Below are positions 31,327 through 42,147 of a stretch of DNA of 64,000 bases, piece by piece. A model generated the notes under the pieces. That model ran no database searches and was not told where the DNA came from. It saw only the letters and a program-made list of their open reading frames with translations. A program made the position numbers and the translations under genes. Position 1 is the first letter of the stretch. Every line of letters begins with the position of its first letter. Location of the stretch: NCBI GenBank assembly GCA_963817895.1, contig CAWFQB010000002.1:416001-480000 (forward strand), given 5' to 3'. This stretch comes from an uncultured Chthonomonadaceae bacterium. Lineage in GTDB: Bacteria > Armatimonadota > Chthonomonadetes > Chthonomonadales > Chthonomonadaceae.

Positions 31327-32551
31327 AACTTCGCTGCGTGTTCATAAAGGGCCGTTCGCAGAGCAGATAAAATAAATAGGAAACGATAACGATGATCGGC
31401 AGGCCGACAAAGATGAGAAACACGTAGCCCGCCACGCCCTCGATGCCATGCGGCTGCATCACAAAGCGCAGCAGAAACACGATAATCGGCACGTGAATCA
31501 GGTACAGGCTGTACGAAAACGATCCGGCCCACGCGAGGGGACGCCAGGAACAGACGCGATGCGCAAGACTTCGCGGCGCAATAGACGCGGTAATCAGCAG
31601 GCAGGCCGCCATGATGCCCCCCGGCAAATCATAAAAAGGGTACTGCTCGATGGCGCGCTGCCAGCCCAGGGCATACGCGAGGCAGGCAATAATAACCGCG
31701 CAAATCGCGGCGGTAACGCCAAACGGGAAACGCTCGCGAAATCGCTGCAACTGCGGCTCCGGGGCAAACGCGACGGAAGCGGCAGCCATACCGAGCGTAA
31801 ACAATCCCACGTACTGCACGGACATGTGCCCAAACCGCGTGTCCCGCAGCGCGTAACACAGCGCGTAGCCCACTCCCAGGGTTCCCAAGGTAGCCGCCGT
31901 ATTGCCGAAACGCCGCAGGGCGAACAGCAGCAGGGGGAACAGAAAGTAGATTTGAAATTCCGTCGCGATAGACCAGTAAACGTAGCTGATGCGTCCGGCT
32001 CCATAAACGTTTTGCAGCAACAGTAGATGGCTGATGAAGTCCGAGGGGCGCACCGTCATGGCCGAGTCGAAGTGACTGCCGCCCGGAGTCCGAAAAACGA
32101 CATAGATAAAAAACAGCGTGAACACCAGGGAAAAGTAGTAGGGCGGCAGAATACGCCGGAAGCGCCGCATAAAGAAACGCCGCACCCCACCTTTAAGCTG
32201 TCCATTATTTTTCACCACCGGCAGCATCAGGCAAAAGCCGGAAATTACGATAAACACGCTCACTGACAGATGGCCGAATATCAACAGATAAGAGAGAAAA
32301 CTGTATTGCGCGGGCGGAACCCCTCTGTCAACCCACAGTTCCAGATAAAAATGGTTGAATACGACGACCAGAGCAGCCAGGGCGCGCAACCCCTCCACAA
32401 ATACAAGATAGGGCTTTCGATCCTCCTTGCGTTCTTCAGTTTTACGTTCTTCAGTTAACTGCGAAGCGGCATTTATAATGCTGCCGCTGCCATACGCGCC
32501 TGCAATCTCCAGCGGGGGAGCCGTCAGCGCGCCACTTCCTGCTATTTCCAT
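31325..32551 (-). CDS. Acyltransferase family 3 (OafA-like)
   Basis: EGLRALAA, FIVISGF, RRFRRILPPY, WSIATEFQIY, SYSLYLIH, ERPF. Confidence 0.93.
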   Translation of the reverse strand: MEIAGSGALTAPPLEIAGAYGSGSIINAASQLTEERKTEERKEDRKPYLVFVEGLRALAALVVVFNHFYLELWVDRGVPPAQYSFLSYLLIFGHLSVSVFIVISGFCLMLPVVKNNGQLKGGVRRFFMRRFRRILPPYYFSLVFTLFFIYVVFRTPGGSHFDSAMTVRPSDFISHLLLLQNVYGAGRISYVYWSIATEFQIYFLFPLLLFALRRFGNTAATLGTLGVGYALCYALRDTRFGHMSVQYVGLFTLGMAAASVAFAPEPQLQRFRERFPFGVTAAICAVIIACLAYALGWQRAIEQYPFYDLPGGIMAACLLITASIAPRSLAHRVCSWRPLAWAGSFSYSLYLIHVPIIVFLLRFVMQPHGIEGVAGYVFLIFVGLPIIVIVSYLFYLLCERPFMNTQRS

Positions 32552-32574
32552 GCGTCTGCCTCTATTTAGGTGTT

Positions 32575-34155
32575 TTAATCTATGTCCAGCAATATCCCAT
32601 CCGCCTCAGTTTTAGAGGGCGGAACGGTGTTCAGTTGATCCTGAATGGATTTTACATTGGACAAGATACCGACGAGAAGCCCCAGAGCTACGGTCTGTCG
32701 GCAAACCGTCAGCATCAGATCATATTTGCCGTAGATGTACAGCATGATAATGAACATAATGGGCAACAGGCCGACCGTCAGCAGTTCCGGGTCTTTTATC
32801 TCCTTGAGGATATGTATGCCCTTGATGATGACAGCGGCCATCAGCATCCAGAAGCAGAAAAAGCCGAGATTTCCCGTTCGCATCCAGAGCCACAGAATGC
32901 TGTTGTGAGGGATGTATTTCAGAAAATCCGTCGTCAATTCAACCAGGTAGATTGGCTGGTAAAAGGGCTGTCCAAAACCAATGCCGATCCACGGACTGGT
33001 ATCGCGGGTTGCCTTCAGGTCAAAGTTTTCCGCATAACGGTACGCATCTGAGGAAGCGTCGCGCGAGTTCGGCTCACTCTGAGACCGAATAGCGCGCGCG
33101 GGCAGCGCCCACGCGCCCTGTCCGTTCCAGGCGGCAGCGATGTACGGTACTCCGATAATGGCCAGAAGAACCGCCAGTTTCGCGATCTGCGCGCGGCGGG
33201 ATTTGACGATGGAGCCGAGAATTGGCATCAAGGGCAAAAACGCGATCATAAACGCGCCGATGCCCGCGCGGCGCTGATTGCCCAGCAACGCTATGGCTGT
33301 GGCGGGAACCGATAGCAGCGCCACCCATCTCAGCCGCGCCTCGGCGCGCGTGGCGACGGTCAGCAAGGCAATAAAAAGCGTCAGGTTCAAAACCAGACTC
33401 TGGTCGTGACTCATAAAACCTGCGGGTGTGACCTCTCCCGACGCGAAAAACCCTTCCAGCGCCAGCAATCCCTGAATGCCCAGGCTGACCGTTAATACCC
33501 ATAGCAGCGCTTTGACATGTTCTTTGGTGCGTATCAGGTTGACGGCCAGGATGTATACCAGCAGCATCTGCGCCTGCGCGCGCACCTCATACAGCGCGAT
33601 TGTGCTGTCGCCGTGTTTGAGGTTGCCGCGAACAAAGCCCATAAACACCACAAGCCCGTACAGCATAATGTTCCAGAAGAACACGCCCTTTTCAAAGCGT
33701 TCCTCGCGGCCCGTCACCATGCGGATGATCCACGCCAGAAAGGTGACGATCATGATGCCTTCCGCCGGACTGATAATCAGCATCTTAAAGGCGTAGGTAT
33801 TCGCGAACGCCTCCCCGATGGAACTGCCATTCAGCCAGAACGGAATATTTTCCGACAGCACATGCGCGGAGTGGTTGATTTGTATCCCCGGAAACATGGC
33901 GACGCCGATAAGCAGCAGATGTATTCCAACGCGCGGATTGCGCCATATCGCGACGGGAACCGCCATGCAGACCAGCATCACCAGCCCGGAACCAATGACG
34001 AACGTGGTTCTATCCTCGTTGGTGGATCGCATCACGGTCAGCATCACGCCGAACACCAGAGCGAGGATGAGAACCATAAAGCCCATCACCAGCCGGCGGC
34101 GATTGGTCTGCGCCTGTTTTAGATTTTGCAGGGAAGGAAATTGTGTATCCAGCAT
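32575..34155 (-). CDS. O-antigen ligase / Wzy-like polymerase
   Basis: More than 10 TM segments; PWIGIGFG, PHNSILWLW..G..G. Confidence 0.85.
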   Translation of the reverse strand: MLDTQFPSLQNLKQAQTNRRRLVMGFMVLILALVFGVMLTVMRSTNEDRTTFVIGSGLVMLVCMAVPVAIWRNPRVGIHLLLIGVAMFPGIQINHSAHVLSENIPFWLNGSSIGEAFANTYAFKMLIISPAEGIMIVTFLAWIIRMVTGREERFEKGVFFWNIMLYGLVVFMGFVRGNLKHGDSTIALYEVRAQAQMLLVYILAVNLIRTKEHVKALLWVLTVSLGIQGLLALEGFFASGEVTPAGFMSHDQSLVLNLTLFIALLTVATRAEARLRWVALLSVPATAIALLGNQRRAGIGAFMIAFLPLMPILGSIVKSRRAQIAKLAVLLAIIGVPYIAAAWNGQGAWALPARAIRSQSEPNSRDASSDAYRYAENFDLKATRDTSPWIGIGFGQPFYQPIYLVELTTDFLKYIPHNSILWLWMRTGNLGFFCFWMLMAAVIIKGIHILKEIKDPELLTVGLLPIMFIIMLYIYGKYDLMLTVCRQTVALGLLVGILSNVKSIQDQLNTVPPSKTEADGILLDID

Positions 34156-34171
34156 TAAAAATATCTCACAA

Positions 34172-34266
34172 TCGGTGTTCGGTGTTCGGCTAAAAACCCT
34201 CCGGACAGAAATTAGTTTTGCGCTTCTGTATCTTCCGAACACCGAATACCAAACACCGAACACCGT
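34172..34266. repeat. Paired inverted tandem repeats, family D
   Basis: TCGGTGTTCGGTGTTCGG / CCGAACACCGAATACCAAACACCGAACACCG. Confidence 0.88.
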
Positions 34267-34273
34267 ATTCCCG

Positions 34274-34408
34274 TCAACCCTTGAGCCAGTTGAAAATGAT
34301 GATGGCGGCAACCAGAAGGCTGACGCCGGCCCAACCGCGCCAGGAGAGTTTCCGGGTCATCAGCCCGATGGCAACGAAAACATATAAAAGCTGATAGTCG
34401 AATTTCAT
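34274..34408 (-). CDS. 44-aa small membrane peptide
   Basis: MKFDYQLLYVFVAIGLMTRKLSWRGWAGVSLLVAAIIIFNWLKG; start overlaps GH44 stop. Confidence 0.6.
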   Translation of the reverse strand: MKFDYQLLYVFVAIGLMTRKLSWRGWAGVSLLVAAIIIFNWLKG

Positions 34409-36045
34409 AACGATGACCTTGAAGGCAGCCGCAGCAGAGTCAGAGATTCCGCAGGCAGCAGCAGCCGCGCCGCGCCCTCCCGCGTAGTAGTATCGGGATA
34501 TTGTACGATACTTTTCAGGCTTGCGCCAGAGTAACTCCATATTTGGGCGCGGCGAGTCCCCGCAAGGCCGCGCATCCGTACCGCCACCTGCCTCGCTTTG
34601 CCTTTGTTAATTAGCATCAGGGTCTTGTCTCCCGTTTGCGCGTCATTTGCCGCGTAGCAGGAAACCACATCGGGCGCGTCCGAGCGGGCGGGCAGGGCAA
34701 TATTGCCCAGGCCGTTGCCTTTGCCGTCCGCGTTGCGGTACATTTTGAAAGCGAAAAAGGCGGGCGAACCGGGTGGCGGCGCGGTCCAGTAGCAGGCCAT
34801 GTCCACCTGTTCGCGCCCCAGTATGCCCAGAACTTCCCCCACTGCCAGCCCACCGTTTAACGTTGTTTCCGCGCCCCAGTTCCATTCGGTAAGCGCGAGG
34901 CGTGTGCCGGGATAATACTGTTGTATCCACTGATGCAGGCGCGGCAGCAATTGGACGGGCGCGTTAATCCACGACTCATCCGCGTACCCGGCATCCCATA
35001 ATCCCCGCGCGCTGCGCAGGCGCAGGGCGTTGGTTTCCGCGTCCGTCTTGCCCGCATACACGCCTGCCGCCTGCGGGTAAAAATGAACGTCCAGAACGTC
35101 CAGCGTCCGCCTGCCGGTTTGCCGGTCATGCCGCGCCGTCTGCTGCAAAAACCAGGGTATGAACGCCTGATTGCCATGCGCGCGACGGTCCGCATGGGCC
35201 GCGTAACTGTCCGTTCCCCGGTCGCGGGGGGAATAAAAATAGCCCGTCCATCCCCAGGACACTGGCCCGGTGATTTGCGCGGTCGGGTCTACGTCCTTCA
35301 CGGCGTCTGCCATATCCAAAAATTGCCGCAGCAACTCGTCGTAATCGGGCTGAACCGGGTGCATGTCGGTATGGGTGACATCCCACAAATCCGGCTCATT
35401 GTCCATCGCGTAGAAGCGGACGCCGCCTTCCGCCGCCCTTCCGAACGTTCGCTTCAAGCGCGCCAACCACTCATCCTGATACACCATCTCATCCTTGAGG
35501 TCGGGCGGATCGGCAAATGGGCGCGGCTTGCGCGGCAGGGAGCGGAGGGAAACCTGTGTTCTGTTTTCGGTCGGATCGTAGCCCGCAATGGCTTCCGAAC
35601 CCGGCGCTATGGGCACTCCCCCGGATGGCGGCACGTTCAGAGAAGCGTGGCGCGGGTCGCTGTCGCGAGCCACCCAGCCCATTGTGGGTATGGTCAGCAG
35701 AAACTCCGCTCCCTGCGTTCGCGCCGCGCGAATAGCATTATCCGCGCTGCCGGAGGGCGAATGGTTTGTGATGCCGTAGTTGCCGTTGGCGAACTTCCAG
35801 TCCCGCGCCGCGTTCCAGCTGTTGCCCTGTTCCCAGTTATAGCGCGTACTCGGATTGCCGCCCCAGCGCGCAAGCGGAACCTGCAATTGTCGAAAGTGTT
35901 CCGGCGCGGGCAACGCCATGCCGTAAATCAGCGGGCTGATCGGCCCAATCGGATGCGCCGTATCCACGACAATGCCGATTTCTTGAGCCTCCGTAATTTT
36001 CGCGGGAACGGGCGGTCTGCCCGCCACAACCGCCAGAACTCCCAA
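34405..36045 (-). CDS. Glycoside hydrolase family 44
   Basis: RWGGN..TRYNWE, DNEPDLW..TH, LDVHFYPQ, TEWNWG. Confidence 0.85.
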   Translation of the reverse strand: MGVLAVVAGRPPVPAKITEAQEIGIVVDTAHPIGPISPLIYGMALPAPEHFRQLQVPLARWGGNPSTRYNWEQGNSWNAARDWKFANGNYGITNHSPSGSADNAIRAARTQGAEFLLTIPTMGWVARDSDPRHASLNVPPSGGVPIAPGSEAIAGYDPTENRTQVSLRSLPRKPRPFADPPDLKDEMVYQDEWLARLKRTFGRAAEGGVRFYAMDNEPDLWDVTHTDMHPVQPDYDELLRQFLDMADAVKDVDPTAQITGPVSWGWTGYFYSPRDRGTDSYAAHADRRAHGNQAFIPWFLQQTARHDRQTGRRTLDVLDVHFYPQAAGVYAGKTDAETNALRLRSARGLWDAGYADESWINAPVQLLPRLHQWIQQYYPGTRLALTEWNWGAETTLNGGLAVGEVLGILGREQVDMACYWTAPPPGSPAFFAFKMYRNADGKGNGLGNIALPARSDAPDVVSCYAANDAQTGDKTLMLINKGKARQVAVRMRGLAGTRRAQIWSYSGASLKSIVQYPDTTTREGAARLLLPAESLTLLRLPSRSSL

Positions 36046-36121
36046 CAGGCCACACGCCCCAATTATAGATTTTCGATTTTCGATTGCCGATTCCCCTGTT
36101 TAAGCTGCCGGGGTTGAGGGC

Positions 36122-37271
36122 TTATGTCAGCGCAGCGTCTTTGATGGCGGCAGAAGTGGAAACGGGCATGGAAATCGCTGCCAGCGCTTCCTCCACTGTG
36201 GAGTAAAAATTCAAAGCCTCATCGCCATGCGCGGCGCGAAGCGTCTGCAGCACCCGCGCGTTTGCCCCGGCCAGGCACACTTCACATCCGGTATGCGCGG
36301 CGCGGCGCGGCAGGTTGAGCAGCGCGCCGACAATGGCCGCGTCAATCCCGCTCACTGCCGTTAAATCCAGAACCAGATGCGCGGGCAAATTCAGGATGCG
36401 CTCACAGCGCGCGTTAAGTTCCGGCTGTTGCCCCGCGTCCAATTCACCCTGGGCGCACAGCACAATACTCTCTTCGGCGCGGGATTCCGTCCACAGCGCA
36501 GGCTTGCCCGTTTGTTTCGCGCGGCTCACGCGCCATTGAACAACAAAACGGCTTCCAAACTGCCCCACATCCCGCGTATACCGCTTCCATAACCGCTTCG
36601 GCTCCTGCGACAGACGGAATACCCATTCCAGTCCCGTTTTTTGCATCCACCGGGGCGCGCGCGTTATTTGCCCCGCAATGAAATCGAAGGTTCCCCCCAC
36701 GCCGATACAAACGGGGACATTTCGCAGCGCCTCGCGGTTGCGGTGTATCCACTTTTCCTGCTTGGGATTGCCAAAGGCAACCAGCAGGATGTCGGGGCGG
36801 GCATCTTCAATGTCGCGCAGCAGAGGCCCATTGTCCATGCTTTCCAGAGGCTGCGCAGGCGGGGAGACGCAACCCACGATTTGCAAATTGGGGTGCGTTC
36901 TCAGTAGATTCGCTTTTGCCTGCTGCGCCACTTCCGGCTTCGCGCCGAGCATGTAAATGCGATAACCTTTTTCCGCTGAAAGCGCGGCCAGCGCAGGCAC
37001 AATGTCCGCGCCTGTGACGCGCTCCGGCAGAGGCATGCCCAGGCGCGCGCGACGCCCATACCAGCGGCATACCATCCGGCATAACCAGATCGGAGTAGCG
37101 CAAAATGTGACGCAACTCCGCATCCGACTCCGCGTTGATGACAAAATCCGCGTTTGCCGTTGCCACCTGATGAAAGCTCTGTGCCCGGATGAACTCTTCC
37201 AGACGCGCCATCACGCCCGACATATCCAGAACATCCACGGGAGTATTGAGTATACAGACGAGTTGACGCAT
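36122..37271 (-). CDS. WecB/TagA/CpsF glycosyltransferase with C-terminal STAS domain (frameshift ~37050)
   Basis: TANAD, PDGMP, ERVTGAD, GNPKQE, RAP.WMQ..GLEW; GELD..LDL..VSGID. Confidence 0.88.
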
Positions 37272-37281
37272 TGTGAAATCC

Positions 37282-37402
37282 AGATACGAGATATGAGATA
37301 CGTGATACGAGTAGAAGAACTAACCAGATTGATCGCATCTGCCATACAGCGCGCCCATTCATCAGTGAGGCACTCGTATCTCGTATCTCATATCTCGTAT
37401 CT
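37282..37402. repeat. Paired inverted tandem repeats, family C
   Basis: 31-bp arms with one mismatch, 37282-37312 / 37372-37402. Confidence 0.92.
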
Positions 37403-38889
37403 ACTTACTTAACTCATGCCGCTCAGTGCGTTTCCATCCGCCGGCGGAACGGCTTGCCGCCATGACGACGTACACACTCAGTTTCCATACGATATAAAAG
37501 GGCGCCCGCAGCAGGGAAAATACGACGCGGGCGGGCATCCGGGCGATCCACATGCCCAACAAAAGATAACCGGCTTGCAGCAGTAGAACCAGACCCCATA
37601 AACTCGCCGCGAATAGAGCCACGCGCCAATGCAGAATTGCGCCTGCCAGCGCACACAAACCGCCAAGCAGCACGGGAACGGCAAACATTTCGGCGAACGG
37701 CGGCACGATCAATTCTATGGCGCGGTCACGCAGCAGGCGATTGCGGGTACGCAGACTTTCGCGCAGCAGGGCGGGAGCGACCGTAAACAACAGGCGATAG
37801 CGCCCGCCCTCCCACCGCTGACGCTGACTCGACGCCTGCGCGCCCGTCGTGGGCATTTGCGCCCACACGCAGGCTTCGGGCGTAAAGGCGATGCGATAAC
37901 CGACGCGGCACAGGCGCAGGGCGTATTCGATGTCTTCGGTAATGGACTCGCCGGACCAGGGGACGCGCTCGACTACTTCGCGCGCAAAGCACATGCCGTT
38001 CCCTTTAAGACCGTCTGAAAGGCGCAGGTGTTCCCGTCCCAGGGGCTTCACCACATGCGCCAGAGCCAGAGCGCAGCTCATCAGGCGCGTTCGCCAGCTT
38101 TCGTCCGTATTCAGCACGTCGTAACGCGCCTGTACCGCCCGATTGCCCGCGCTTAATTCGTTCGCGAACACGCGCAGCAGATTGGGGGACACGAACGTAT
38201 CGGCATCCAGAATCACCACAGCGTCGAATTGCCGGGCGCGTTCCCAGGCGGCCAAATTTTCAGCGTCGCCCTTTTCCTCTTCGGAAGTGGGAAGCAATCG
38301 CGTCGTTGGTTTTGGAACGGTTTCAGAATTCGTGTTTTGCCCTGCCGCCAATTGGGAATACGGTTGGAAGGCCGCGCCTGACTGCATCAGCCAGTTAAGA
38401 GTATCTTCCAGCGCGTAGCCTTTGCCGATACGTTCGGTGTCGAAGCGCTCTAACGCCAACGCGCCGGATTGCCGCGCGATGCGGGCGGTTGCATCCGTAC
38501 AGTTATCGGCGATAACCACAACCGAAACCGCGTCCTGCGGATAATCCAGATGGCGCAGGCCGTTCAGCGCCGCGCCGAGCAGCAGTTCCTCGTTGTGCGC
38601 CGGCAGCAAAATAACAAAGCGCGGTGTTGCGGAAACCGATTGGCCCGCCGCTTCGATCCCGGCGCATTTCTGTCCGCGTGACTGACGGTGAAGCCAGGTC
38701 GGGACGCGGCAACGTGACCACGCGCTGCCTGCCGGGAAGGGCATGAAGCAGCAGACGCCACAGATACAGCGCGCAGGCGGCGAAAAACAGCCAGGGCAGC
38801 GCTATCAGCGCGACAAAAACGATCTCTCCCGGCGAAGCGAAAGTACCCAAAATCTCGACCTCATCAACCGCTAAACGCTTGATACGCAA
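37401..38889 (-). CDS. GT2 glycosyltransferase, processive-like (frameshift ~38700)
   Basis: PAHNEE, ADNCTD, DAD, TED, QRQRW motifs. Confidence 0.88.
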
Positions 38890-38918
38890 CGCTTAACGCC
38901 CGACTCGCAACTCTGGTG

Positions 38919-39647
38919 TCAGGAGAAGAACTTTTGCAGCAGCTTCGGCATGGCGGTTTCCGTGCCGTTGAGTACCACGCCCAACACGCGCTCGTTGCCG
39001 ATGGCTTCCATAGCCCGCTGCACGATTTCGCGGGGCGTCACGCCTGCCGCCACGACCATGACAATGCCATCCACGATGGAAGCCAGAACGCGCGTATCCG
39101 CGACGGGCAGGACCGGGGCCATATCCAGAACGATGAACTCGTTCATAATGCGCAACGCGCTCATCACTTCCTGTAGACGCGGGGAACGCGCCAGTCGGTA
39201 GGGATTGGCGGCGGCGCGGCCTGCGGGAACGATAGTAAAGTTGTCCAGTTCGGTCTTCTGAATTACATTGGTAAGGTCGTCTTCGCCGCCCTCCAGAATG
39301 TCCACCAGGCCGGAGCAGGGCGGCAGGTTCAGGCGGGTCTGCAAATCCCAGTTGCGCAGGTTGGCGTCCACCAGAGCCACGCGCTGCGCCGAGTTCTGGG
39401 CAATCGTGCCGGCGAGGTTCATGGCGACGGTTGTTTTGCCTTCGCCATATACCGCGCTGGTCACACCCACCACAAAGCAGCGGGAGGGGCTGGACGCGCG
39501 CTCCAGATCGGCATGCAGGCGCGCGTACTCTTCCGGGATCGCCAGAACGCCGGTCCCGTTTTGATTCCCGTTGGAGCCGTTCCCATTGGCGGAATGGCCC
39601 AGGCGGGACAGAGCGGATCCGCCCCGCGGTAAAGTCTCATTTGACAT
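38919..39647 (-). CDS. CpsD/CapB family tyrosine autokinase
   Basis: VTSA..GEGKTT, LVDANLR, VLDMAP, LGVVLN. Confidence 0.88.
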   Translation of the reverse strand: MSNETLPRGGSALSRLGHSANGNGSNGNQNGTGVLAIPEEYARLHADLERASSPSRCFVVGVTSAVYGEGKTTVAMNLAGTIAQNSAQRVALVDANLRNWDLQTRLNLPPCSGLVDILEGGEDDLTNVIQKTELDNFTIVPAGRAAANPYRLARSPRLQEVMSALRIMNEFIVLDMAPVLPVADTRVLASIVDGIVMVVAAGVTPREIVQRAMEAIGNERVLGVVLNGTETAMPKLLQKFFS

Positions 39648-39781
39648 ACTTCAATTCGTCCTTTTCAGATAACGCTTCCGCTTCCGGCGCTGCCCTCCGG
39701 CAGTGCGCAGGTTTATAAATCTGTCTGTGACGCGCCGCGCATGATAGCGTCGTCACCGCTCCGAGCGAAAGTCGGGAGAAC

Positions 39782-39878
39782 AGGTTGTTAGGTTGTTAGG
39801 TTGTTCGTTATTAAGTTTCCTGATGCGCGTATGTTCTTGCTAACCTAACAACCTAACAACTAACAACTAACAACCTAC
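39782..39878. repeat. Paired inverted tandem repeats, family A
   Basis: AGGTTGTTAGGTTGTT / AACCTAACAACTAACAACTAACAACCTA. Confidence 0.9.
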
Positions 39879-41369
39879 CCCGATAGGCCGGGGCGATTGT
39901 TGTCGCCGCGCGCCAGTTGCTTGCGGGCGGCTTTCTTCGTGTGATCCATGCGCGGCAGGACGGCGAGGACGGGCTTACCCAGATATTTTTCCACTTCCGT
40001 CGGCGTGCGCAGCGAATGATCCATAGATTCCGACAGCAAGGAGAAACAGAACGCGATCAGCAGGCCGAGCAACGGGCCGGCAGCCAGCATCGTGGCGCCG
40101 CGCGAGCCGCCCTTTTCCGGTTCCGCTTCCGGGTCCAGAACCGTCTGCATCTCTTTGGCTTTCAGTTTCTCTTCGCGAATTTCGTTCAGGCGCGCGCCCT
40201 CCAGGTCGCCGCGCAGACTGGCATGAAGACCCGCGTACAGGCCCATATCCTCGGTCATGTACTTAAACTTCAGCGCTTCTTCCGGCGCGACGCGCGCTTT
40301 CACGTCTACGGCGTCCCGGGCGGCGAGTGAGGATTGCAGCGTGGATTGCAGGTTGGCAATCGCCAGGTCCTGATCTGTAAGCTGCGTTTTCAGAGATGTA
40401 TATTGCGGGTTGTTGTTGACGCGAATTTGAACCGCCGGACCTTTTTTAGGCGTGGCGGCGGCCTTCGACAGCTCCTCCACTTTAGCGATAGACTTGTCGT
40501 AGTCTTCCTGAGCCGCCTTTACAAGCGGGTGCATATCCGTGTGGTTCAGTTTCAGCGCGTTCAGCTTCTTTTCGGCGTCATCGCGCGCCTGCACCGCGTT
40601 GCCATATTCGGGGGACGCGCCCGGTCCCAGATAGGTATACTGATCGTCAATGGTCGGCTTGGTTGCCTGCAAAGCGGAAGCGATAAAGTTGCGCTGTTTT
40701 TGCGCGCCATCCAGTTGGCTTTGCAGCCGCTTCACTTCTCTGTCCTGCTGCACCCACTCCTGATTGGCGGTTTCGAAGCTTTGCGCCGGATCATGAAGCG
40801 TTTGCAGCTCATACGCTTTAACCTTCTTATCCAGATCGCGCTGCTTGTTGCGGTACTCGTCCACCAGATCGGACAGCAATTGTTTGCGCGTGGTCGTCAG
40901 GATAGTCTCCTGATCCAGAACGTTGCGGGCGTATTCGCTGTAGAACGCTTTGACAATGCGCCGCGCAGTCCTGATCTTCCCAGTGGCAGGTGATTTCCAG
41001 CAGGCTGCCGCCGTCGGAACTGTAGGAGAGCGCGCCGCTCACTTTTTTGCAGAACTCCGCGAACTCGAACTCGTTTTTGCCGGTTGCCAGCGGGCGCATG
41101 GCCTGCTTGATGAAGTTGGGGTTGCGCACCAGCGCGTTCAAAACATCGAGTTTGAACTTGATCGTGCCGCGCTCCGTATCCTCCTGCGCTCCCACCACCT
41201 GCGAACCGGTGAGGATGACCAGCATACGCGCATTGTAGGACTTGGCGCGAAACAGGTAGAACCCTGTGGTCGCGATGGAAGCGAGAATAATCGAGATGAT
41301 AAAGAGCCGTTTCGAACGGAACACCAATTCTACATAGTTGAACAGGGGCGAAGAGCCATATACGCGCAT
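39875..41369 (-). CDS. Polysaccharide chain-length determinant (GumC/Wzc-N type), frameshift ~40950
   Basis: N- and C-terminal TM, coiled coil, TDMHP.V, DHSLRTPTEVE..LG.PVLAVLP; GGAGG RBS. Confidence 0.85.
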
Positions 41370-41572
41370 TCCAGTACCTCCAGCGACAAACAGCGCCAAA
41401 ACCGGCAGAGTGAAACCAGGTTGAAATCGAAATTGAAATCCGAGTCTGCGGCGCAAGTGGACGCGAAACATCGGGAGACTGCGATGAGGAGAAGAGGTTT
41501 GCAGCGAAGCGGACGTATGCGCGTAAAAGCGCATCACAAAAACAGTCCTGCGCAAGCCTGTAATTCTTATAT

Positions 41573-41588
41573 TGCAAGAATCGTGCCA
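41573..41588 (-). promoter_or_regulatory. Sigma-54 (-24/-12) promoter of EPS/exosortase operon
   Basis: Minus strand TGGCACGATTCTTGCA matches TGGCAC-N5-TTGCA. Confidence 0.8.
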
Positions 41589-42147
41589 ACTTGCGCGCCG
41601 CGCCTGACTCTTCTAAAAATTATTCCTCATTGAGTTTACCAGTAAATGTTCGGGATTGCGCATTTTCTTACTTTCGCCACTCCCTTCAGGCCCGTTCATC
41701 CCGCTGCCGCCCTGTTTCCGCGCGTTTCTCTCGCCTCCGTTTCCCGCGAAACCGAAAATTCAGGAAAAGAATACTCAGATTGAATGGCGCGAACGTCAGG
41801 TATTGTCGGATGAAAACGGAGACAGGTATAGAGTGGCGGCAAAGGAATCTCGCGTTCAGGAACCATCCTGCCGCGCTGCCCCGTAGAAACCCGTACAATG
41901 CGGCGGCAATTCACCGGGCGGAACAACCGTTGCGAAAATGTAAGAATCTGCGCGAACACCGCACACAATTAAGCAAGCGCATTTTGAGTTTTGGTGTCGC
42001 CAAAATCAGCGTTTGCTGCGTCTAGTACGTGTACAGTGTCCGTTTCTGGTTCCCGTCCCACCCTTTGCAAGGCCTGGAATCACAAACCCGGTAATTATTT
42101 TGCGAATAGCTGCGAACATGGCGTGTTTGCAGTCGGCAGGAGCGCGC

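Noticed and set aside
41591..42025. ORFs or ncRNA in the intergenic region upstream of the EPS operon
   Set aside because: No coding signal or recognisable RNA fold; best read as a regulatory region.
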